A stretch of 32,000 nucleotides of DNA from Euryarchaeota archaeon SM23-78 (GTDB taxonomy: Archaea; Nanobdellota; Nanobdellia; Woesearchaeales; SM23-78). Location of the stretch: the NCBI GenBank assembly GCA_001595785.1, contig LSSJ01000022.1, positions 21,957 through 53,956 of the forward strand. Direction: 5' to 3'. The notes under the pieces are model-generated. The model had not been told where the DNA came from. It saw only the letters and a program-made list of their open reading frames with translations, and made no database searches. A program made the translations under genes and the position numbers. Below, one piece after another: positions 1-8,578 of this stretch. The stretch's first letter is position 1. Each line of letters opens with the position of its first letter.

Positions 1-1342
1 ACCGTGTGTGCCCAGAATAATGATTATCATAATTAACTGTGGGATGACGGGTTCCATGCTTAAAGGTCATTTGAATGTTTCTTATATTGTATTGGTTGGT
101 GAGTCTGTTATAGTCAATAATCCTACCAGGGTTCTCCATAAAAAAGACATGGTAATATCTGTCAGGAGGAGCACGACCAGGTCTTGGAATGTTACTTGCT
201 TGAGCTATCTTAAAGGTAAGAGTGAGATTAAGTGCCCTTGTGGTAGCATCAAAGATGATTCGAGGTATTCTTAGAGGTCCAAAAGGCTGTTGCAAAGGAT
301 TATTATGACCATTATTAGGCTCTTCCTGTGTTGGAATGATAACCAGCCTTTCCTCTCCTTGGCCCCTTTGCTGCTTGCTAAGTATCACGTTGTGCAGGGC
401 TGTCTGGGTTGCTCCGGATAGCTGGGGCAAAGGGTCTGGGAATTCCAGCCTTGCTTGGTTGTAGCCGTCCTGTCCAGGACTGCGTATTTGCAAGTCTTCA
501 TTCATGGGCACTCCTGGGAACTCAAACCTGCCGTTAATGTTTTCAATGATTTGAGTGGTGGCATTTATGGTGTGGTCACCATTAATTCCTGGTATCGTAA
601 AGGTTAGACTAACATCATGCCCGTCAAGTCCTGTGCCGGTACCCCCTTCGTAAACCAGTTGAGCCCACTGCAGGGCTTGGTTATTGTTCCAGTGAGGAGG
701 TCTTGGAGCCTCTTCAGGGTTTAAGGTTGCTTTGTCAACAACTCTTCCTCTGAGGTCTCCGAACTGAGCTTGGAAAGTGATAGGATGATATTTCCATCTT
801 AGCTGTTCAAGATCTGTCTGTAATCGTCCAGCACCTGATGCTAATAAGCCGCTGCGAATCTGGTTTCTTATTCTTTTAATTCCATGCTTATCAAATTTAG
901 TGGTTAGGTCTGCAGCTCCCAGTGCAAGTACTGGTCCTTCAGGAACATTTGGATAATAATATTGAAAGGCTTGGGCTGTAAAGAAGCCGTTCTGGTTTAC
1001 TATGAAGGTTTCAGGTTCTCCAAAATAAACAATATCCTTTATTCCCAGGAAGATAGCTCTTACCTCTCCTGTTCCTTCATAGGGCTGCAGTGCTCTTCTG
1101 AACTCTTCAAAGGTTCTTGGATAACCAAGGGCATTGCTTGAAAGATTAGCATAAGAAGGAAGATTAATCTGCCTGTTTCTTGGATAAAGCCCTTTTGCAT
1201 TTGCTTCATCAAAAGCTGCTTTGCTCTCAAACAACCAGAGGCTTACAATGTATTCTCCATATTTCCTTCTAGCAGTATCATAGTGGCGGTCTCCTCTTCT
1301 AACAATATTCCTTGCAATCCACCTGGTGATTGGAAGCGCCAT
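1..1342 (-). CDS. large hypothetical protein, partial (C-terminus lies beyond the left window edge)
   Basis: Absent from the ORF track because it has no stop inside the window. ATG at 1342-1340 (minus). I translated all 447 codons down to position 2 without a stop (MALPITRWIARNIVRRGDRHYDTARRKYGEY...NYDNHYSGHTR). The ATG directly abuts the TAA of the upstream ORF (TAAATG). No family recognised. Confidence 0.6.
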   Translation of the reverse strand, partial: MALPITRWIARNIVRRGDRHYDTARRKYGEYIVSLWLFESKAAFDEANAKGLYPRNRQINLPSYANLSSNALGYPRTFEEFRRALQPYEGTGEVRAIFLGIKDIVYFGEPETFIVNQNGFFTAQAFQYYYPNVPEGPVLALGAADLTTKFDKHGIKRIRNQIRSGLLASGAGRLQTDLEQLRWKYHPITFQAQFGDLRGRVVDKATLNPEEAPRPPHWNNNQALQWAQLVYEGGTGTGLDGHDVSLTFTIPGINGDHTINATTQIIENINGRFEFPGVPMNEDLQIRSPGQDGYNQARLEFPDPLPQLSGATQTALHNVILSKQQRGQGEERLVIIPTQEEPNNGHNNPLQQPFGPLRIPRIIFDATTRALNLTLTFKIAQASNIPRPGRAPPDRYYHVFFMENPGRIIDYNRLTNQYNIRNIQMTFKHGTRHPTVNYDNHYSGHTR

Positions 1343-2032
1343 TTATGTAACCCTCACAGTTAAATCTGCATTACCATCAGGTCTGAACTCCAAGCAGTCA
1401 ACAGTTGGTTCAAAACCTTTAGCTTCATCTCCTGTTTGTAAAAGAGTGAAGGGAGGTAAGTCTGCATCCTTTTCAGGTTCTAGATATGTTGCTGTGTAAA
1501 AATAGGTACCTCCCTTTCTAAGGGTAGAAAAGTACTTTCTCACCCAAGGCTTCATAATGTGGTAGCCCTCTTTGTTAAGCTCAATAATAATATTACCGGC
1601 AGGAACACTGTGAAACTCAGCCACTCCATTATCATCAGTTCTGCCGACGTAAGGAGTTGAGATAACTGCAAGCTTGAACTTTCTTACAAACCAGTTCCAA
1701 CTCCTTTTTCCTTGTGTATAAATACTAACTTTTACTCCTGGAATACCTTTTCTATCAATGTTTTGTACTCTTATAATAACTCTTCCTGTGTGGCCTTCTG
1801 GGTGTTCAGGACGTGGCTCTCTGGGTTCTCTATTCCCCCCTCCTGTTCTTCTGTCTCTACCATCTCCTCCTCTATCCCTCTCATAATCATCTCCACCTCT
1901 TCCCCAGTTCCTAAAAAGACTTCCTCCTGTCACAAAATCAAGAATCTTAGCAATGATTAGAATCACAAGCAATATATATGTCCAGCTTACTATTGCTGCA
2001 TAAGCATTCACTACAAAGGTTTCTGCTACCAT
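1343..2032 (-). CDS. membrane-anchored protein with an N-terminal TM helix, a Gly/Arg/Asp-rich linker and a carboxypeptidase-regulatory-like beta-sandwich
   Basis: 229-aa ORF. TM segment is AIVSWTYILLVILIIAKIL. Low-complexity linker is GRGGDDYERDRGGDGRDRRTGGGNREPREPRP. The segment RVIIRVQNIDRKGIPGVKVSIY...TDDNGVAEFHSVPAGNIIIE resembles a CarboxypepD_reg fold. Its start overlaps the upstream ORF by 7 nt. Confidence 0.6.
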   Translation of the reverse strand: MVAETFVVNAYAAIVSWTYILLVILIIAKILDFVTGGSLFRNWGRGGDDYERDRGGDGRDRRTGGGNREPREPRPEHPEGHTGRVIIRVQNIDRKGIPGVKVSIYTQGKRSWNWFVRKFKLAVISTPYVGRTDDNGVAEFHSVPAGNIIIELNKEGYHIMKPWVRKYFSTLRKGGTYFYTATYLEPEKDADLPPFTLLQTGDEAKGFEPTVDCLEFRPDGNADLTVRVT

Positions 2033-2628
2033 TTCTTTTCAGCACCAGGTTTAAAGAATTTCTTAATCCAGGATTCTTTTATGAGCATGACCATGGGCAG
2101 ACCTACAAACAAGGCCCATTCGTCTAAGAGGAATAATAAGAGGAATAATAAGGCAAGGCCTAAGAGGTTTTTTAGCCAGCCTGACCTGTCATCCTCGCCT
2201 TTTTTCCTTAATACAAACATCGCAACCCAGCCTAATCCTATGAAGAAGCCTAGGAAGATTATTGAGCTCATTACTACTGTTATCAAGCCCCCAGTTGCTA
2301 GCAGCCATTCTGTTGGCATAAGAAGCACTCCTATTATGCTAAAAGCAAAGGATACTATGCCTGCTGTTTTATTGTCGAATATCTTGGTCTTTTTTAGAGC
2401 CATATTAGCCACTGCAAAGAGCACCACGAATAATATGAATTTTAGAAAGCCTTCTTGGACAAATGTATTTGAGCGCAGCACCTCTATGTTAAAGAGCCTG
2501 CCTATAGCTTCTATTCCTCTGTCGAGTGGACTTACTCCTGTTCTTCCATAAGCAAATACTTGAGGTATTAAAATTATCAATGATAGAGAATAAAATAAGT
2601 GCTTCACAGTGTTCTTTTTTATTTTCAT
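2026..2628 (-). CDS. polytopic membrane protein, unknown function
   Basis: 200-aa ORF with about 5 hydrophobic helices (LFYSLSLIILIPQVFA, FILFVVLFAVANMAL, IVSFAFSIIGVLLM, IIFLGFFIGLGWVAMFVL, LLGLALLFLLLFLL). It is co-directional with and overlaps the next ORF. Confidence 0.6.
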   Translation of the reverse strand: MKIKKNTVKHLFYSLSLIILIPQVFAYGRTGVSPLDRGIEAIGRLFNIEVLRSNTFVQEGFLKFILFVVLFAVANMALKKTKIFDNKTAGIVSFAFSIIGVLLMPTEWLLATGGLITVVMSSIIFLGFFIGLGWVAMFVLRKKGEDDRSGWLKNLLGLALLFLLLFLLDEWALFVGLPMVMLIKESWIKKFFKPGAEKKW

Positions 2629-2724
2629 TCTTTACAATCCTCTTCTTTGATATTATTCTTTATAAACTTTTCTTAAATTTATAATGATTACAATATTTCT
2701 CTGAATTCTTTTGATTTAAAAATC

Positions 2725-3003
2725 CTAATAGCCATGTTTCTTTTTAAACTCTTCAAATTCCATTTCCTTTTTCTCCCGAGGAACTTCAAGGCTTATCTTT
2801 TCAGTCACTCTGCTTTGCTTTAACAGCTTTTTCAGCTGCTTTTTCATGGAGGGCGTATTCCATGCAAGTATTTCTTTTAACTTAGGTCTTATTCTTCTTG
2901 AGAATACTCCTGTGGAGTCATTCAGGTTTCCGTCTAGTCTACCCTTGATTATTTCTAGTTCTTGATTGGTGAAGATGATTGAAACCCTGTTTTTTTTACC
3001 CAC
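2725..3003 (-). CDS. small basic protein, possibly ribbon-helix-helix DNA-binding
   Basis: 92-aa ORF with a GTG start. RVSIIFTNQELEIIKGRL...FSRRIRPKLKEIL fits a beta-strand/helix/helix pattern. It is the first gene of the minus-strand module. Confidence 0.4.
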   Translation of the reverse strand: MGKKNRVSIIFTNQELEIIKGRLDGNLNDSTGVFSRRIRPKLKEILAWNTPSMKKQLKKLLKQSRVTEKISLEVPREKKEMEFEEFKKKHGY

Positions 3004-3536
3004 ACTAAACTTAAATATATTTAAGTTTATAAATATTTTGATAAGCCAGTCCTCTACTCACTTTCTCGTCGGTTAATTTAGTAGGCTTTGTTAAGCAAAG
3101 AGGCAATATTTGAAACAGTTTGTATTGGCTTATGACCTAAGCTGAAATTTTTTCTTCAGTTATTAATAACCTAAAGGTTTTTAGAAATTTTATTACTCAT
3201 ATCATTTAAGATCTTTAGTTTATCCTAGAACTCATGTTTTTTACTCTAATTTTATTCTTAGGGCCTTTTTTTGTGAATCTCATGATTTTTGTTTTGGAGG
3301 TTATTTTTCTATATTGATATACGCGTCTAATGATAACATGAGCTGGCTAACCTCGTGGTTTTATGCTTGGAAGAACTCTTTTTGTGCTTACAGAAAGCCT
3401 TGACCTAGTGCTTAGCATATTACCGCGCGGTTTTTAGCTATTTACGTCTATTTTTTGAAATTTATTTTTTTAATTTATTATTTTTTTGCAAAATTTTTTT
3501 CAAAAAATAAAAAATTTTGGGGGTTTGTTTTTAATT

Positions 3537-3550
3537 ATTGTATATACAAT
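3537..3550. promoter_or_regulatory. 14-bp perfect palindrome ATTGTATATACAAT upstream of the PadR-like gene, a candidate operator or TATA region
   Basis: The palindrome is read directly from the sequence. It lies about 70-110 nt upstream of the possible starts of the PadR-like ORF, inside a 615-bp non-coding divergent region. Confidence 0.25.
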
Positions 3551-3618
3551 ATATTACTTATACTATTCATTGTTTAAACTATAAGTTGCTTGTAGTATAT
3601 ATTGTTTAATATATATAT

Positions 3619-4032
3619 TTGATAACCAATAAGTATTTAAAAATTAAGATTCAGTTTTTTCGTGTGGCAAAAAAGACAGAAAAAATACGGGACGACTCGG
3701 ACTACTTGGAGTTGAAGGGGTTTTTATCTTTTCTAATTTTGCATGAATTAAGCCTTAAAAGGCTCTGTGGCGATGAGCTTTCCAACAACATTGGTAAACG
3801 CAAAGGTAGTTCTCTTACCCCCGGGACAATCTATCCTGCTTTAAAGAGACTCAGAAAAAAAAAGCTCATCGCTTACAGACGCCAAGGCAGGAAAAAGGTC
3901 TATACATTAACAGAAATCGGTAGAGAGGAGCTTGAGAGGCTTTATATGTTGTTTAGTAATTATTTTTATGGTTTGAAGCATAAGATTAAGCGTAAGCCAG
4001 TGAAAAAGAAGGGCGGAAAAAGAAAGCCATAG
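3619..4032 (+). CDS. PadR-family winged-helix transcriptional regulator
   Basis: LKGFLSFLILHELSLKRLCGDELSNNI...LTPGTIYPALKRLRKKKLIAY...KVYTLTEIGREELERL matches the PadR wHTH pattern. The start is uncertain: the track uses TTG at 3619, and an in-frame GTG near 3664 is equally plausible. Confidence 0.7.
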   Translation: MITNKYLKIKIQFFRVAKKTEKIRDDSDYLELKGFLSFLILHELSLKRLCGDELSNNIGKRKGSSLTPGTIYPALKRLRKKKLIAYRRQGRKKVYTLTEIGREELERLYMLFSNYFYGLKHKIKRKPVKKKGGKRKP

Positions 4033-4074
4033 GATAAAAGTTTTTTTTTTTGCTTAAAAGTTTTAAACAATAAA

Positions 4075-4653
4075 ATGTTGCTCTTAAAAAAGAAAAAAGA
4101 CAAAGAATCTGAAGATCAAGGCCTGTTTACCTACACATCAAAATACATTACCGATGAGCTCGAACTCATACAGGACCAACAAGACAACCTAATAAAGGTC
4201 TCAGAAGAGCTGGAAAAAGCATTTTCTCAAACAGACAAAATGAAAAGATTCTTTAAAATATTAAAAAAAATAGATGAAACAATATTGAAAAACATTGAGG
4301 AGAGAAGAAAAGAAGAATCAAGCATGATCAACCTCTTAGAGGATATAAAGCAACTAGTAAAGAAAAAAAAGTACGAAGACCTTGAGAAACTAATGCTGCT
4401 CGTTCAGAATAAGAGTAAACTCAAAATAAGACTATCCCAAGAGGAAATGAACACCTTAAGACAGCTAATGAACCAGATATATGAGCTCTACAAGGAATCA
4501 TCAGGTCTATGCAGGTTATACCAACTTGTTTATTCAAATATAAGGCAGATTTATGATAAATGTGCAGAGGAGATAGGCACAGAACTCACAGAAGAAGAAG
4601 AGCTTAGCAGAGCAGGCGCTTATAGAGAGAGGATACATAGAGGTGGAGAATAG
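4075..4653 (+). CDS. coiled-coil protein, unknown function
   Basis: 192-aa ORF rich in K/E/L heptad-like sequence. No catalytic motif recognised. A TATA-like TTAAAAGTTTTAAAC lies about 20 nt upstream of the ATG, so the transcript may be leaderless. Confidence 0.55.
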   Translation: MLLLKKKKDKESEDQGLFTYTSKYITDELELIQDQQDNLIKVSEELEKAFSQTDKMKRFFKILKKIDETILKNIEERRKEESSMINLLEDIKQLVKKKKYEDLEKLMLLVQNKSKLKIRLSQEEMNTLRQLMNQIYELYKESSGLCRLYQLVYSNIRQIYDKCAEEIGTELTEEEELSRAGAYRERIHRGGE

Positions 4654-4664
4654 GTTTATGAGGT

Positions 4665-5126
4665 GTGAAAATGATGGGAAGAGCAGGTTATGATGTTGAT
4701 ATTGATAGGCTTATGGCCTTTGAAAACCACGAAGTTGAGGAGATGAGACATATTCTTGAAAGGATTACGGATGAGCTTAAGGAGATGAGGCATCTTGAAA
4801 AGAATCTAAAAGGCTTAGATGACTTCTTAAAATGGACTCTTGAAACAAAGAAATGGTTTGAAAAGAACTATGATGTTAAGATGTTTAAATCAGAAGAACA
4901 CCCTGATGAGAAAAAAGCTTTGAAACATACAAAGTACAAGAAAATGGCAAGATTGACTGGTAAGACATATAGGAAAATAGAAAAAGTGCTTGAAACCTTT
5001 GCTGAGCTAGAACACCATAAAAAGCGATTTGAGCTCTTAAATCAAAAGTTAAAGCAGATGGTAGAAGCCTTGCTTCCTGAACTTAGAAAGGAATATCGTG
5101 AGGAAAGAGTTGAAGCAAAAGCGTAA
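4665..5126 (+). CDS. coiled-coil protein, unknown function
   Basis: 153-aa ORF. The likely true start is the ATG at 4671, 5 nt after SD GAGGTG (4659-4664). It follows the previous gene by 12-18 nt and is charged and helical. Confidence 0.55.
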   Translation: MKMMGRAGYDVDIDRLMAFENHEVEEMRHILERITDELKEMRHLEKNLKGLDDFLKWTLETKKWFEKNYDVKMFKSEEHPDEKKALKHTKYKKMARLTGKTYRKIEKVLETFAELEHHKKRFELLNQKLKQMVEALLPELRKEYREERVEAKA

Positions 5127-5291
5127 ATGCACACGTAAAATCTTTTTCTTAATCAAAACCTTTATATAATTCTAGTTCGCATAATACACATTATAAGAAC
5201 TTTTGGCTGGTTTCTCGTCGAGAAATAAGCCTTCAAAACCCATATAAAATCATGAAAAACTCAAAAAACCAGCTTAAAGAGGTGATTTTTA

Positions 5292-5537
5292 ATGAAAATA
5301 GCGGGTTCTAAAGTAAAAAGTAGTAGGAAAAGCCTCATTACTAAGGAGTTCTTAACAGGCCTTTTGGCCTTAGCCCTTGGAGTGTACAATCTTCTTGCAC
5401 ATTTTGGTTATATTACCAAATTTGTTGAAGTACCCCAACTAATAGGTAATATTCTGCTTGTACTGGCAGGTCTTTTCCTTTGGATTACTGCTTTTAGGCT
5501 CAGCAGGTTTAGATATCATAGCCGCCGCTTGTTTTGA
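5292..5537 (+). CDS. small two-TM membrane protein
   Basis: 81-aa ORF preceded by SD GAGGTGA with a 6-nt spacer. Hydrophobic segments are LTGLLALALGVYNLLAHF and IGNILLVLAGLFLWITAF. Confidence 0.55.
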   Translation: MKIAGSKVKSSRKSLITKEFLTGLLALALGVYNLLAHFGYITKFVEVPQLIGNILLVLAGLFLWITAFRLSRFRYHSRRLF

Positions 5538-5574
5538 GCATATTTTATACATAGATTAAGGAAGATAGAAGAAA

Positions 5575-6390
5575 ATGCTTAAAAAACTTGAAACAGAGCT
5601 TAAGATAAGGGGTTTTAGCCCTGAAACTGTAAAGGCCTATATAAGGCATAACAAGGCTTTTCTGGGTTTTATTAAGAAAAAGCCTGATGCTGCGTCTGAA
5701 GAGGACTTAAAGGCGTATCTGGCTTTTCTTGTCTCTGACAAGAAGCTTTCTTCAAGTTCAGTTGCTCTTGTTAGGTCTGCTCTTTTATTCTTCTATAACC
5801 AGGTGCTTGATAAAGGTTTTTCTGGTATAAAAACCCCTAAGATTCAGAGAAATACTCCTGAGGTGCTTTCAAAAGAAGAGGTTAAGGCTCTTTTAAATGC
5901 TTGTGTTAATGAGAAGAGCAGGCTGCTTATAGAGTTTCTTTATTCTTCAGGATTAAGGGTTAGTGAGTGCCTTGCTTTGAAAGTTGAGGATATTGATTTT
6001 AATGAAAGGGTTTGTGTTGTTAGGCAGGGTAAGGGCAAGAAGGATAGGGTTACCGTGCTTTCTGATAGCCTTGCTCAGCGTCTTAAGGGTTTTCTTGAAA
6101 AGCAGGGCTTTTCTTCTGGCTTGATTTTTAGGAATAAGAAGGAAGAAGTCTTGTCTGCTAGGAATGCTCAGAAGATTGTTTCTGGTGCTGCTAAGCGTGC
6201 TGGTATTAGTAAAAAGGTGACTCCGCACAAGCTTAGGCACAGTTTTGCTACGCATCTGCTTGACTCTGGTGTTAGTATCAGGGTTATTCAGGAATTATTG
6301 GGTCATTCTAATCTTCAGACCACTCAGATTTATACTCATGTTTCCAGGGATCATATTAAGCGTGTGAAGAGTCCTCTCGACGATTTATGA
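5575..6390 (+). CDS. tyrosine recombinase, XerA/XerC/XerD-like
   Basis: N-terminal SAM-like domain (RGFSPETVKAYIRHNKAFLGFI). Catalytic signature is GLRVSE...HKLRHSFATHLL...LLGHSNLQTTQIYTHV (R..HxxR..H..Y). Confidence 0.85.
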   Translation: MLKKLETELKIRGFSPETVKAYIRHNKAFLGFIKKKPDAASEEDLKAYLAFLVSDKKLSSSSVALVRSALLFFYNQVLDKGFSGIKTPKIQRNTPEVLSKEEVKALLNACVNEKSRLLIEFLYSSGLRVSECLALKVEDIDFNERVCVVRQGKGKKDRVTVLSDSLAQRLKGFLEKQGFSSGLIFRNKKEEVLSARNAQKIVSGAAKRAGISKKVTPHKLRHSFATHLLDSGVSIRVIQELLGHSNLQTTQIYTHVSRDHIKRVKSPLDDL

Positions 6391-6619
6391 GGGTTTTTTT
6401 CTTTTTATCTTTCTGTTTTTGCTATATTTTGTTTGTGTAAAACTTTTAGTCATTTATTATAATTTATATTTATTGGTTATCCTATATATAGATTATGCAA
6501 TACTAAAGTTTTCTATCAAAGACTAAAAGTTATATTATATATTATAAAATATATTTTGAAGTATTTCTAAAACTTTTAAGCAATGATTAAATTAAAAATT
6601 ATAAAAAATTTTAGTAAAT

Positions 6620-7042
6620 TTATAGTTTAAGCATAGCCACCTGTCTAGCAATTCGAGGATCGATCTCAAGCACATTCCTACGAGCCTGAAGCTCCCTAAA
6701 CTCAGGGTCAAGGCTAAAAACCACTACATCATTAACCAACTCTCTATGGATAGACACGCCCTTACTAATAAGATTAAGAACATACATGCTAACCATGTCC
6801 TCTGTGAAACCAAGGTGTTTAGCAATCTCAACAACAGGCAAAGCCTTACCCAGATAAAGAGTCATAAAAACCTCCTGCTCCCTTGGAGAAAGCTTAACAT
6901 CAAGTTTTCTAGCCTTACCAGGGTTAAGAACCAGCTCTAACTCATCCAAGCGCTCAGATAACTTATTAACCTTGGCCTCTATCTCTGCAAGCAAGCACTG
7001 GCTAGCCTGAATCTCAGAAGTATTCTGATTAATACAATCCAA
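6620..7042 (-). CDS. HTH-domain regulator with a coiled-coil N-terminus (start uncertain, frame open up to 7150)
   Basis: LSPREQEVFMTLYLGKALPVVEIAKHLGFTEDMVSMYVLNLISKG resembles a LuxR- or TrmB-like HTH. The track start is TTG. The frame stays open for 36 more codons up to a strong SD (see findings). Confidence 0.55.
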   Translation of the reverse strand: MDCINQNTSEIQASQCLLAEIEAKVNKLSERLDELELVLNPGKARKLDVKLSPREQEVFMTLYLGKALPVVEIAKHLGFTEDMVSMYVLNLISKGVSIHRELVNDVVVFSLDPEFRELQARRNVLEIDPRIARQVAMLKL

Positions 7043-7267
7043 ATGATCATCAAGCTCAGCCTTGACCGCCTTAAAAGCCCTTCTTATACTTTGGACTAAC
7101 TTGACATGTTCTTTATTCTTCTTATTACTAAAAAACTTAAAGATAACTCTTCACCCCCTCGACGCGAAAAACCTATAAGTAATCAAGGATTTAAATACTT
7201 TATTGTTGTGGAAAAATACTATTCAATGAAATAAATTTTTAAACCCTCACTATCTTCCAGTACTTAC

Positions 7268-7897
7268 ATGACCAAAAAAGAATTATGTATAATGCTCTCA
7301 AAACTAAAAGTCTTTGAAGAGCCATGCATACGGCTAGAGCAATACCCAACAGACCCAGAGATAGCAGGAGAAACCCTCTGGTTTGCTCACATGCAAGGAG
7401 ACATAAAAGACAAAGTAATAGCAGACCTAGGCTCAGGCACAGGTATATTAGGCCTCGGAGCCCTTGTACTAGGAGCAAAAAAAGCCTTTCTAATAGATAT
7501 AGATACCAAAGCCATGGAACTGGCAATGAAGAATAAAGCCTTTCTAGAGCAGGAAACAGGGCTTGAGCTGGACGCAAGCTTTACAGCAGGAGACATAGAA
7601 GTGTTTGATGCGCAAGCAGACATAGTGATAATGAACCCGCCCTTTGGAACCAAAAACCAGAAGATAGACACAGTATTCTTATTAAAGGCCATGAGCATAG
7701 CAAAGGTTATCTATTCGTTTCACAAAGCCAGCACAAAGGAATATATTGATAAGCTGGTTAAAGATAATGGCTTTACCACAACACATTATAATGAGTATGA
7801 CTTTCCAATAAAACAAAGCATGGCGCAGCATAAAAAAAAGATAGAGAGGATAAAGGTGGGAATGTGGAGGATAAAAAAGAATGAAACTAGCATCTGA
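7268..7897 (+). CDS. SAM-dependent methyltransferase, COG2263/METTL5-like (NPPF motif)
   Basis: Motif I is VIADLGSGTGILGLGA. An acidic motif II (FLIDID) and the catalytic IVIMNPPFGTK are present. The length of about 209 aa is typical for this family. Confidence 0.75.
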   Translation: MTKKELCIMLSKLKVFEEPCIRLEQYPTDPEIAGETLWFAHMQGDIKDKVIADLGSGTGILGLGALVLGAKKAFLIDIDTKAMELAMKNKAFLEQETGLELDASFTAGDIEVFDAQADIVIMNPPFGTKNQKIDTVFLLKAMSIAKVIYSFHKASTKEYIDKLVKDNGFTTTHYNEYDFPIKQSMAQHKKKIERIKVGMWRIKKNETSI

Positions 7898-8120
7898 ACT
7901 CGAAGATAAAATAAAAACAGGAGATGAACAATTAGTTTTTGAAGCTGATAGTCTAGCGCAGATTGACGTTGAAAGAGTTAAACCAACATTTACAAAAGAA
8001 GATTACTTGAAATTCTTAGAAGAGTATTTTGAGAAAGATAGGGTGCCTTTATTTAAAACAAAAACAAGCAAAAAATATTTAAAAGAATTATTGCCGAAAG
8101 CAAAAGCATATTTTGACTGA
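7881..8120 (+). CDS. small acidic hypothetical protein
   Basis: 79-aa ORF that overlaps the methyltransferase stop by 17 nt. No motif recognised. Confidence 0.4.
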   Translation: MKLASELEDKIKTGDEQLVFEADSLAQIDVERVKPTFTKEDYLKFLEEYFEKDRVPLFKTKTSKKYLKELLPKAKAYFD

Positions 8121-8131
8121 AGAGTGTAAAA

Positions 8132-8575
8132 ATGCTAGATAAAAAAAGAGTAGGGGTGGGCTGCGGAGTAATGCTTCTAAAAGATAACAAAGTACTTCTT
8201 GGCAAGAGGCATGAAGACCCAAACAAAGCTGATTCTGAGTTGCATGGAGAAGGGACATGGACAATGCCTGGCGGTAAACTACACTACGGAGAAACCTTTG
8301 AGGAGTGTGCAAGAAGAGAAGTAAGAGAAGAGACAGGAATAAAGCTGAACAAGATAAGAGTGATGTGTGTGAACAATGACAAGAACGAGTACGCCCACTT
8401 TGTAACCATAGGCTTGTTCTCAGATGATTTTGAAGGCGAACCCAAAGTGATGGAGCCAGATGAGATAACAGAGTGGAAATGGTTTGACATAAACAAAGTG
8501 CCTAAGAATATGTTCTTCCCAAGCGCAAGAATGCTAGAGGACTATAAGAAAAAGGTTTTCTATCAAAAGAAATAA
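8132..8575 (+). CDS. NUDIX hydrolase
   Basis: Complete Nudix box GGKLHYGETFEECARREVREETGI (GX5EX7REUXEEXGU). Confidence 0.85.
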   Translation: MLDKKRVGVGCGVMLLKDNKVLLGKRHEDPNKADSELHGEGTWTMPGGKLHYGETFEECARREVREETGIKLNKIRVMCVNNDKNEYAHFVTIGLFSDDFEGEPKVMEPDEITEWKWFDINKVPKNMFFPSARMLEDYKKKVFYQKK

Positions 8576-8578
8576 AGA

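Noticed and set aside
8-274. 88-aa plus-strand ORF from the track
   Set aside because: It lies antisense to a 447-codon uninterrupted minus-strand frame that starts at 1342 with translational coupling to the upstream gene. It is most likely a shadow ORF.
4053-6580. Near-palindromic TAAAA[G/C]TTTTA motifs (4053-4065, 6438, 6521, 6568) considered as origin or ORB-like repeats
   Set aside because: The motif is essentially the TATA-box-like sequence also seen upstream of tRNA-Tyr and other genes in this AT-rich genome. There is no Orc1/Cdc6 or Rep gene nearby. I keep it only as a side note in the island finding.
3065-7164. Four occurrences of CTCG[T/A]CG (3065, 5214, 6376, 7158) clustered around the recombinase island, considered as att or dif cores
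   Set aside because: The flanks share no consistent extended similarity. One copy lies inside the recombinase coding sequence, one is part of a local hairpin (TTTCTCG-T-CGAGAAA), and one abuts an SD. A 7-mer is too short to support a recombination site without comparative data.
7239-7698. Three overlapping ORFs (112, 70 and 103 aa) within the methyltransferase gene region
   Set aside because: They overlap, in other frames or on the other strand, a CDS with clear SAM-binding and NPPF motifs. Their compositions (L/R/S-rich) are typical of shadow frames.
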